Origin: Candidatus Hermodarchaeota archaeon
Lineage (GTDB): Archaea > Asgardarchaeota > Heimdallarchaeia > Hodarchaeales > Hodarchaeaceae
Length of the DNA: 32,000 bases
Assembly: GCA_048886185.1 (NCBI GenBank)
Contig: JBHLKY010000001.1
Span: forward strand, 210,001-242,000
Direction: 5' to 3'
Under the pieces are notes generated by a model. That model made no database searches. It saw only the letters and a list, made by a program, of their open reading frames with translations, and was not told the origin of the DNA. Position 1 is the first letter of the stretch. Every line of letters begins with the position of its first letter. This document shows positions 18,692-26,672 of the stretch, in pieces. The position numbers were made by a program, and so were the translations under genes.

Positions 18692-20593
18692 ATGTCTGAA
18701 GTTAAAAATGATTCGATTCTTTCAACGGAGCATGAATTACAGCAAGAATCCTTTCAAAGTGGATTGACTTGGCGTGTTGGTTTAGCTATTGTCTATAGTG
18801 CCCTTATTATACAACCATCGGCTATTTATTTATATTTTGTAACAAATCAATGGTTTATTGGAGCAGTTCTTAACACAACAATCGTTTTATTCGCAGTTCT
18901 CGCAAAAATGGCTGATAATCCGCTCACGAAGCAGGAGGTGTTTATTATGATAAATGTCACTAGTACTGCTTTGGGTATGGAGATGATAGTTGCTTTAGTC
19001 TTCAATTATTATCTAAAACATCATCCGTCTACTATAGCGACATTGATTAACGGTATATCTCTCACAACACTTATTCCTAATTGGTATGCTCCAGATTATT
19101 TTGGTCCGATTCAAACACTAATTAATCCTCTTTTTATTCTACCCTTGGGATTACTCATTCTAAATGCATTACTTGGAAAAGCAACTGATATTTCTTTAGG
19201 GATTGTGTTCAATTATCTCTATACTAAGGTAGAAGTACTACCGTTTCCTACAGCTGAAGTCGAAGCTGAACGATCAAAATCTTTAACTTGGGAGGATAAA
19301 AGAAAATTACAGATATTTTCTCTTAGTGCAATTGTAGCAAGTTTCTTTGGAATAATCCTTTATGCTTTTCCACTTGTAATAGGGATTCCTTTGATTCCCC
19401 TTCCTTGGTTTGATTTTAATGCATCAATTGAGGGATTTCTACCAGGAGCTTCTTTTGGTATTGCTACAGATGTGATTGCTTTTGCTACAGGTTTTATTTT
19501 ACCTATGAATGTTGTTGTGTGCATTCTTATTGGATCAATTGTCGTAAATATAATAATCAACCCAATTTTGGTAGCAAATAATATGCTTCCAAGATGGGAA
19601 AAGGGTATGACACTCCTTGATACATTTAATACATCTCAGTTAGACTTTTGGTTAGGGTGGACAGTTGGTTTATTGATTAGCGCATCTCTTATCCCAGTAC
19701 TTCGCAATCCACGGATTTTTATAAAAACTATCAAGGACTTGAGGAAACTAAGTCAAGGGAAAGGAGACGAATTAGAGGGCGGAGCTCCCAAATTAAGTAT
19801 CTTATTAGCTTTTTTCTTACTTGGAACGTTGGGTTCGGTTGTGGTAACATTCTTACTTATACCAAACCTCCCTATTAGATTACTAATTGTTTTAGTTATT
19901 CTAACAGTTGGTTGGAGTTTTATCTCATCTCTAACAATGGCTTATGCGTTTGGAATTACCGCAAATCTTCCATTAATTCCATATATTAAGGAGTCAGCTT
20001 TTGTTGCTGCAGGAGCTCCTATTGGAGGGGAAATCTGGTTCGCACCATTAGTTATCTCTCAGGGAGGGGCTGGATGGGTTGCAACTTTCAAAACAGCTGA
20101 TTTAACTTTTACTAAAAGAGGAAGTTTGATAAAAGCGCATGTTTTAGCGTCATTTGTAGCATGGGGGGCTGGGATTTTCTGGGTATCCGCTTTATTGTCA
20201 ATTGCACGTGTGCCCTCTGTAATTTTCCCAGTACCATTTTGGGATCTTGATGTTGGTAGGATTATAACGTTTGTCTCGGAACCAACAGTGGTTATAAATC
20301 CTTTAATATTAGGAATTTCCCTTATAATCACTTTAATTCTCTATTTTATTGAATGGGGGACGCCAGTACCAATTTCAGTGATTTCATTGGCTGTTGGTAC
20401 AACAACAGCTATTCCTTATGCAATTACTACATTTCTGGGAGCACTTTTTGCAAAAATCCTAAAGAGGAGAATGATTAACTGGGATACTGATCGTGCTATT
20501 ATTGTTGCAGGTTTAGGAGCTGGCCTTGGTATTGTTATTTCATTATCGACCTTTTTAGCATTAATTCTTAACACAATAGCTTTGCCATATTAA
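18692..20593 (+). CDS. OPT/YSL-like oligopeptide-transporter-family membrane protein
   Basis: GLTWRVGLAI, EVLPFPTAEV and FATGFILPMNVV..LIGS resemble OPT family motifs. Highly hydrophobic; GAGGT SD at 18681. Confidence 0.75.
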   Translation: MSEVKNDSILSTEHELQQESFQSGLTWRVGLAIVYSALIIQPSAIYLYFVTNQWFIGAVLNTTIVLFAVLAKMADNPLTKQEVFIMINVTSTALGMEMIVALVFNYYLKHHPSTIATLINGISLTTLIPNWYAPDYFGPIQTLINPLFILPLGLLILNALLGKATDISLGIVFNYLYTKVEVLPFPTAEVEAERSKSLTWEDKRKLQIFSLSAIVASFFGIILYAFPLVIGIPLIPLPWFDFNASIEGFLPGASFGIATDVIAFATGFILPMNVVVCILIGSIVVNIIINPILVANNMLPRWEKGMTLLDTFNTSQLDFWLGWTVGLLISASLIPVLRNPRIFIKTIKDLRKLSQGKGDELEGGAPKLSILLAFFLLGTLGSVVVTFLLIPNLPIRLLIVLVILTVGWSFISSLTMAYAFGITANLPLIPYIKESAFVAAGAPIGGEIWFAPLVISQGGAGWVATFKTADLTFTKRGSLIKAHVLASFVAWGAGIFWVSALLSIARVPSVIFPVPFWDLDVGRIITFVSEPTVVINPLILGISLIITLILYFIEWGTPVPISVISLAVGTTTAIPYAITTFLGALFAKILKRRMINWDTDRAIIVAGLGAGLGIVISLSTFLALILNTIALPY

Positions 20594-21276
20594 TAAAGAG
20601 CTTCTTTCTCAATTCTTTTTGTAACTTTTCTAATATAAATAGATATAATATCAAAAGCTTCAATAATGGAATCTAGAACCTTCTGATATTTTCCTTTCAA
20701 AATAATATGCCCAAGATATTTTTCAAGATTAATATTCCAGATAATTTCACTAGGATTGTTAAAAATTTCTTTAAAGTGGATACAATATTCATCAAGCTTA
20801 TTTGTGGCGATAGGTTGCGAAAAAAGAGTAATTTTTAAGGCGTCAGGCATAATAGTGGAAATCATTTTTCTGAGAGATTCGTCTTGATATAGATTTTCCA
20901 CTAAATAATCAGATACAACAAGATTAGGAATTTCCTTTTGTAAATATTTCAGGAAATGATGTGACACTACTTGATAATTTTTCCTAATTAATCCTTTCCT
21001 CCAAATTTCACACTCAAGTCCTTTTAATCGTTGAAATACTGGAATCAGACCATTTGAGAAATCTTCTTTGTCAACTATTATGACTGAGGCTATAAATTGC
21101 CATGTTATATCAACTGAAAATGATAATCGATGTTGTCTGAATAAAATTGAATTAAAATGATATTTTTCATTTGGAATTAGAATGCTTGCACCGAGGTTTG
21201 AAAGCTCCCATTTTCCATATTTTGATAAATATTTCGCAAATGGGACAAGTAATCCATCAGAATATGAGTTCACCAT
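20590..21276 (-). CDS. Hypothetical protein
   Basis: Long ORF (track extends to 21351; ATG 21276 preferred). Convergent stop overlaps the OPT-like gene stop at TTAA 20590-20593. No motif recognised. Confidence 0.6.
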   Translation of the reverse strand: MVNSYSDGLLVPFAKYLSKYGKWELSNLGASILIPNEKYHFNSILFRQHRLSFSVDITWQFIASVIIVDKEDFSNGLIPVFQRLKGLECEIWRKGLIRKNYQVVSHHFLKYLQKEIPNLVVSDYLVENLYQDESLRKMISTIMPDALKITLFSQPIATNKLDEYCIHFKEIFNNPSEIIWNINLEKYLGHIILKGKYQKVLDSIIEAFDIISIYIRKVTKRIEKEALY

Positions 21277-21436
21277 GCAAATTCCCAAGAAATGTGATTT
21301 AGTCAATTTTATCTTTCTATTGTAACAAACTAGGTTTAATTTTTTAAACACTTGGTTGTTGAAGGTTCAATTATTGAGATTTTCAAACATTAAATTATTA
21401 GAAAAAAGGTAAATTATCTTTTGTTTCGGAAATAAA

Positions 21437-21475
21437 TTTTTAAATATTAGGGTGTTATATTCGCTAACAATCTAA
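21437..21475 (+). promoter_or_regulatory. Putative TATA box and imperfect palindrome upstream of surface protein gene
   Basis: TTTTTAAATA, then TTAG-gg-TGTTA-N7-TAACA-at-CTAA (21447-21475). Confidence 0.4.
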
Positions 21476-21496
21476 TTTACCGGAGAATGAATTATT

Positions 21497-23716
21497 ATGA
21501 AAAATATGAGCTTCTGGATCATGTTTTTGCTATCTTTTAGTATTTTGTCTATTCAACCCAGTAATGGAATGTTGAACATATTTTTAAATTATTCTGATAA
21601 TTCTGATATTTCTTTAAAGACTACTCAAACTAATATTTATAAAATTGATCTTCAGGTCACAGCGCCATCAGGATACACATTATCTGGTAATACTCCGATT
21701 ATTATCAAACTAACAACACTTGCTGATGAATTTCCTGTTTCTGTTGACGTTTTTGGTCTAGATACTCCAGATCCTTCAGATGATCTCAAATGGTCAGCAG
21801 TTTATATTACTTATGACGAGGAAATAATTCCTAGTCAAGTAGACGATATAGACAGTCAAGTAGGATATTCTGAAGATGATGAATTATTATTTCAATTACC
21901 AGAGTCGTTAGAGCTTACAAGTGGGGAAAGTGCCTCTTTCTCGATCTTTTTAGGAACTCTGGAAACAAATTTACCTGATCCAATCTTTCCTGAAGCGTGC
22001 ACTGTCTACGATTATACGAAATATACTCAGGTGAGGGAATATTTCGGTGCTGATATGCTGAAAAAAGCCTATTACATCGAAAATAGTAAGATACAAGCTG
22101 CAGCTTTAGTTGATGCTGCTTGGAGTTCTGGAGGAATTTATGAATTATCCGTACTTGGCGAGGAGGGGAATTCACGGTGGGATGCAATTAAACAACGATT
22201 CGACCCAAGTTGGGAAGCGTGGAAATGGGCTCGTTTTGCCACAGTTGAGCAATTTATCGAATTAAATGATAAAGCTGGGACTAATAACTTTTTCATACCC
22301 AATCCTGAAAGGTCGATTATACAGGGGCCAGTTCGTGCACGAATTCAAATGCAATCAATACCTCCATATGGCAAAGCTTCTTCAGTTTGGGGTACAATCC
22401 CTGGAGTCTACGGTTTGGTAACATACGAACTTTTTGCAAACCTACCTTACCTTGATTATACTTTGGCAACAACTGGGCCTAACGCTGCCGCAAATCCGAA
22501 CTTGATCATTGAGCTTCAAAATAGAGAAAAAGCTCCTGGAGGACAATATAGTCCTTATAAAAGTGTATATGTACCTGGAGATGGATGGAGGCCAAGAAAT
22601 CCTGATGATCTATTAGTACATAAAATCTTACCTTCAGATTTTTCTGAATCGTGGTATCTAGAAAAACTAGCACCTGGGGAAATTATGTCCCCTTACGAAG
22701 AAAATTCTGATAAATTAGGATTTGGGTGCATCTTTGATATGAATGGATTGACAAACATCACGTATCAAAAAGCTTCTGAAGACATGAAACTGATGTATGA
22801 TCCATGTGAATTGCCATTAAATGCTCGATATTTTCCTTTTGATGTAACTATCACCCAAGATGCAATAACCTATATGGAAGATAACTTCCAAGAATGGAGT
22901 CGTCCTGATCCAGACTTGGATATATCTGTCTCAGTAGTAACTGCACTCCCCTTCGAATATGTAGGTGTTAGTCGTCCTCATGTTTCTTTTAATAATGATA
23001 CAGCTTTATTACAAATTGAGAATATTACAGCAATGTCAACTGAATATGGAATTATTAATGATACAATTGAATCTACTCGTACGTACAAAGTATTGGTTGC
23101 TAAATCGAAGGAAGAAACTGGAATTGAAGGAGACCTGTCTTGGAATTCAACGACGTTAACATGGGAAGCTCATGATGTCAGTCTTGCCTCTTTATCTCGT
23201 GATATTGCTTATGTTGTTGTGGCATATTTCCAGGTTGGTGACATTTTAGGGATAAGTCCTTATTCTAAATCCTTCCCCGAGATCCCCGACACTACAGCTC
23301 CTCTCATTAGTAATATTATTCAAAGCCCTCCTGCTGAAGCAATAATTCTTTCTGCTGATTCCGTGAATGTTTCTGCTATGGTAACTGATGATACAAAAGT
23401 CGAATCAGTTATTCTAAGCTATAACAATGGTACTGCTATATGGACCAATATCACAATGACTTATGGATTCGGTGTTTATACAGCTACAATCCCCCCACAA
23501 GCAGAAGGGTCAACTATTCAATATCAAATCTATGCTTATGATAGTGCTGGAAACGCAAATGTTTCAGAAACATTCTCTTATGAAGTGTCAATTGAATACC
23601 ACCCAGGCCAAGGTATAATACCATTTTTAGGAGCATCTGCCATTCTAATTGGTGCTGTTATCATTGCTTTGAAAACAACTAGTATGCATAGGCAGAAATA
23701 CGATGAAGTGGAGTAA
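21497..23716 (+). CDS. Secreted, C-terminally anchored surface protein; DUF4861-like core + Ig-like domain
   Basis: Signal peptide, IPSQVDDID..DELLFQLP, GPVRARI, Ig-like DTTAPLIS..YQIYAYDSAGN, C-terminal TM plus basic tail, many sequons. Confidence 0.72.
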   Translation: MKNMSFWIMFLLSFSILSIQPSNGMLNIFLNYSDNSDISLKTTQTNIYKIDLQVTAPSGYTLSGNTPIIIKLTTLADEFPVSVDVFGLDTPDPSDDLKWSAVYITYDEEIIPSQVDDIDSQVGYSEDDELLFQLPESLELTSGESASFSIFLGTLETNLPDPIFPEACTVYDYTKYTQVREYFGADMLKKAYYIENSKIQAAALVDAAWSSGGIYELSVLGEEGNSRWDAIKQRFDPSWEAWKWARFATVEQFIELNDKAGTNNFFIPNPERSIIQGPVRARIQMQSIPPYGKASSVWGTIPGVYGLVTYELFANLPYLDYTLATTGPNAAANPNLIIELQNREKAPGGQYSPYKSVYVPGDGWRPRNPDDLLVHKILPSDFSESWYLEKLAPGEIMSPYEENSDKLGFGCIFDMNGLTNITYQKASEDMKLMYDPCELPLNARYFPFDVTITQDAITYMEDNFQEWSRPDPDLDISVSVVTALPFEYVGVSRPHVSFNNDTALLQIENITAMSTEYGIINDTIESTRTYKVLVAKSKEETGIEGDLSWNSTTLTWEAHDVSLASLSRDIAYVVVAYFQVGDILGISPYSKSFPEIPDTTAPLISNIIQSPPAEAIILSADSVNVSAMVTDDTKVESVILSYNNGTAIWTNITMTYGFGVYTATIPPQAEGSTIQYQIYAYDSAGNANVSETFSYEVSIEYHPGQGIIPFLGASAILIGAVIIALKTTSMHRQKYDEVE

Positions 23717-23748
23717 TAAACACTTCAAGTAAGATTTCTGAAATTTAA

Positions 23749-23755
23749 TTTTTTT
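23749..23755 (+). terminator. Putative T-tract terminator
   Basis: T7 run about 30 nt after the stop at 23716. Confidence 0.35.
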
Positions 23756-23781
23756 CATCACATTTTTAATAAGAGAATTGA

Positions 23782-23804
23782 TACCCATATTGGAAATATG
23801 GGTA
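23782..23804. repeat. Perfect 10-bp inverted repeat
   Basis: TACCCATATT-GGA-AATATGGGTA between the two DUF4861-like genes. Confidence 0.7.
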
Positions 23805-23868
23805 AAATTTATCACAGATTTTAATTCTATAATTAAGTTTAAAAATCAATCCAGAAGAAGTTGAATTG

Positions 23869-23892
23869 TTGTTAGAAATCTTATTCTAACAA
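23869..23892. promoter_or_regulatory. 9-bp inverted repeat, putative operator
   Basis: TTGTTAGAA-N6-TTCTAACAA downstream of TTTAAA (23838) and upstream of ATG 23918. Confidence 0.45.
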
Positions 23893-23917
23893 TCACAAGT
23901 ACTATGTGGAAAGTAAA

Positions 23918-25396
23918 ATGAATAGAAGAAAAAATACTATCTATATGTTTGCTCTATTTCTTCCTTTGTTTTTCTCCGTATTGATAGCCCCGACTATCGT
24001 ACGTGCTGCTGAAGGAAAAAAATCCGCGATAATTACTATCACGGCAGGAGAAGACGGGATAATTGCAGATACTCCAATTATCATTGAACCAGGAGTATTA
24101 CCCGAAGGAATAGAGAACCTACAAACAGCGATTGTTTATGATGGTGATACAGCATTACCCACTCAGGCAGATGACTTGGATGGTGACGATGAGATTGATG
24201 AGATTGTGTTCCAACTCCCTGAAGATCTCGATGCAGATGAGGAAAAGAAATTTTCCCTCTATGTCTTAGATGAAGGAGATGATAATGGTCAAGATCCAAG
24301 TGCCTCCATTGATGCGGAATTTGATGAATATAATGCATCTTATAGCGATTGGCTTCCATCAACTTACACTACAGGTTATTCCAATGCGTCTGGAAATGCT
24401 CCTTTGGTAGATGAAGTTGGTAATGTCACCTGGATTGAAACTGATTGGGCAGTTATGTGTGTGTACATCTCATCTGGATGGCGTAAGAGTGCATTCAAAC
24501 ATATTTACATGAAAGACGAACAATGGGATGTAGGTATGGCTAAATGGGATCCATGGTCCGACTGGCAATTTCAATGGACAAGAGTATTCTGGGAAGCTGA
24601 CAATGGTTGGCACGACGGTAATGATTTTAAGAATACCTCTGATACTGTTGAAATGCTTAAAGTTGGCCCAGTTCGATGTGTACTACAAACTAAATCAGGA
24701 ATTGGTTATAAAGGAGATTTTGGAATTCAAGATGATCTCCGTGCGCTCAGAACATTTACTTTCTATAGTGGCTTCCCTGGTATTCACCAGAATATTCGTT
24801 TAACTGGTGGAGATGAAGATGAAGCGTCAGAAAGTATGACTGACCTGTATGGTGGTCCTCTGCAATTTACTACGAAATTCCTTGATTTCAGTACGGACAC
24901 CTCTACGAGTCCATGGTCAACTTTCCCAGATAGTAATGGTTTCAACATGGTTTATGCCCTAGGCACCCCAAATGAGGCTGGAAACTCTAATCGTGAAAAT
25001 CCTGATGAACAATTCCTAAATTTAACTAAAATGACAACGACCTACTTTGGGATGTATAGTAGTGCAACAAAGAATGGATACATGATTAACTTCGCTCTTG
25101 GTGAAAATGCAACTACATTTATCAAAGACCACGTTACATCTATCGATTGGTCTGATGGTGAGATTGTGGTTAAGCAATCATACGAGAAATTCCCATTAGA
25201 AGGAATTAACCGTGTTTATGTACCATTCAGCAAGGCTACTAATCCTAAAACTCAGATGGACACTCTAAATGGGTATTGGACTGTCGATTATGACATGGAG
25301 ACATCTAAACCAGCTCCAGCTCCAGGTTTTGAGCTTGTCATAACACTTGTGACTGCTGCGGCCATCGCAATCATTTTACGTAGAAAAAGAGGATAA
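23918..25396 (+). CDS. Secreted surface protein, DUF4861-like, with PGF-CTERM sorting signal
   Basis: Signal peptide, LPTQADDLDGDDEIDEIVFQLP, GPVRCVL, C-terminal PAPGFELVITLVTAAAIAIILRRKRG. Track start is GTG 23906. Confidence 0.75.
   Translation: MNRRKNTIYMFALFLPLFFSVLIAPTIVRAAEGKKSAIITITAGEDGIIADTPIIIEPGVLPEGIENLQTAIVYDGDTALPTQADDLDGDDEIDEIVFQLPEDLDADEEKKFSLYVLDEGDDNGQDPSASIDAEFDEYNASYSDWLPSTYTTGYSNASGNAPLVDEVGNVTWIETDWAVMCVYISSGWRKSAFKHIYMKDEQWDVGMAKWDPWSDWQFQWTRVFWEADNGWHDGNDFKNTSDTVEMLKVGPVRCVLQTKSGIGYKGDFGIQDDLRALRTFTFYSGFPGIHQNIRLTGGDEDEASESMTDLYGGPLQFTTKFLDFSTDTSTSPWSTFPDSNGFNMVYALGTPNEAGNSNRENPDEQFLNLTKMTTTYFGMYSSATKNGYMINFALGENATTFIKDHVTSIDWSDGEIVVKQSYEKFPLEGINRVYVPFSKATNPKTQMDTLNGYWTVDYDMETSKPAPAPGFELVITLVTAAAIAIILRRKRG
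25322..25396 (+). other. PGF-CTERM archaeosortase-type sorting signal
   Basis: PGF + hydrophobic helix + RRKRG at the extreme C-terminus, the tripartite PGF-CTERM architecture. Confidence 0.8.
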
Positions 25397-25400
25397 ATAA

Positions 25401-25440
25401 ATTCCCTCCTCCTTTTTTCTTTTTTTTTGATCTCTCTCTT
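25401..25440 (+). terminator. Pyrimidine/T-tract terminator between convergent genes
   Basis: CCTCCTCCTTTTTTCTTTTTTTTTG directly after the PGF-CTERM gene stop. Confidence 0.55.
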
Positions 25441-25473
25441 CTCAAAGCTTATTGTTTTGAAGCTGCTCGTATT

Positions 25474-25704
25474 TCAACTTTTTTTGTTAATTCTATTATG
25501 AAGGATAATAAAAATCTCATTCCCTTTATTGCTTTTTTTAAGAATTTCTTTAGTTTCTAACTCCTCAAGGGCTTTAAAGAAATATAAATTGGCCAATTTC
25601 GTCTTTTTTTTCAGTTCTAGAAGAGAAAGATACCCGTTACTTTCGGAAAGAATTTTCCTGATTAGCTTTCGATGTTCTTTCAGTAAATCCGAGGTTAAAA
25701 CCAT
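25474..25704 (-). CDS. Small winged helix-turn-helix protein
   Basis: IRKILSESNGYLSLLELKKKTKLANLYFFKALEELETKEIL..K.NEIFI fits a wHTH pattern. Lies 35 nt downstream of GH130 on the same strand. Confidence 0.55.
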   Translation of the reverse strand: MVLTSDLLKEHRKLIRKILSESNGYLSLLELKKKTKLANLYFFKALEELETKEILKKSNKGNEIFIILHNRINKKS

Positions 25705-25739
25705 CTGTTTTCACTATTAAAATGGGATTATTTTATTAT

Positions 25740-26648
25740 TCAGAATGATTGAAACAATTTTGTCTTCTCTATCGTAGCAAGCCCGATACATTTGTCTGCT
25801 GCTCCATAATAGACAAAATATTTGTTATCTTTTTCCACAACACCACAAGTGAAGCAGACGTTTGGTACATCTCCTAGTTTTTCGTAGTCTTCTTCAGGTG
25901 TAAGAATAGGATCTTCAAGTCGGTTAATGATAACACTCGGATCTTTCAGATCAAGAAGTAGCACACCTAGACTATAATGAAATTTTTTGTCCACTCCGTG
26001 ATAGAATTCCAACCACCCTTGTTCTGTGAAAATCGGTGGTGCACCAGCCCCAACTTTTAGATCCTGCCATGAATTTTTAATAGGTGAGAAGAGCTGCTTA
26101 TGACCAGTCCAGTTTTTCAGATCTTTGGAATATGCAATCCACATGTGGGGTTCTGGAGCGCGATGAATAAGGACATATTGACCATTAATTTTCTGTGGAA
26201 AAAGAACACCATCTTTATTCCTATATTCATTGATTATGGTTCCATGACGCTCAAAGGATTTAAAATCGGTTGTTGAGGCGATACCAATGTGATAATCAAC
26301 GTCTCCTTTTGGTACAGGAGTTCGTACTGCGGTGTAAGTAATGTAATACTTGTCTTCAAGATATGTTATTCTTGGATCTTCCACACCGTATTTTTCAAAA
26401 TCCTTTTCTGGTTTCATAGCCGGTTTTGAGAATGTTTGGAATTTATATCCATCTTGACTCTTGGCTAAACCTATGGTTGAAATATATGTTTTGTAATTTC
26501 CTATTGCACGGTAAAGGAGTAAAATTTCACCTTTAAATTGACATGCTGCACAATTGAAGACAGCTTCTTTTTCCCAGGCATGAGCTGGATTTGGTTTTAT
26601 CACGGGATTCTTGTTATAACGAACTAACCTCATTTTCATCTTCACCAA
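25740..26648 (-). CDS. Glycoside hydrolase family 130 protein (beta-mannoside phosphorylase-like)
   Basis: AVFNCAA, LLYRA, GVEDPRIT, NKDGVLFP, IHR, KVGAG.PP, FYHGV, Y.LG..LLD..DP, GDVPNV.F.CG, YYGAAD. Confidence 0.92.
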   Translation of the reverse strand: MVKMKMRLVRYNKNPVIKPNPAHAWEKEAVFNCAACQFKGEILLLYRAIGNYKTYISTIGLAKSQDGYKFQTFSKPAMKPEKDFEKYGVEDPRITYLEDKYYITYTAVRTPVPKGDVDYHIGIASTTDFKSFERHGTIINEYRNKDGVLFPQKINGQYVLIHRAPEPHMWIAYSKDLKNWTGHKQLFSPIKNSWQDLKVGAGAPPIFTEQGWLEFYHGVDKKFHYSLGVLLLDLKDPSVIINRLEDPILTPEEDYEKLGDVPNVCFTCGVVEKDNKYFVYYGAADKCIGLATIEKTKLFQSF

Positions 26649-26672
26649 TATTATTTTCTCTAGTTTCTTCTA

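Noticed and set aside
23782-23812. TrmB-type TGM operator (TATCAC-N5-GTGATA)
   Set aside because: Only isolated half-sites (TATCAC near 23810, GTGATA near 11930 and 30284) were found, never the full palindrome.
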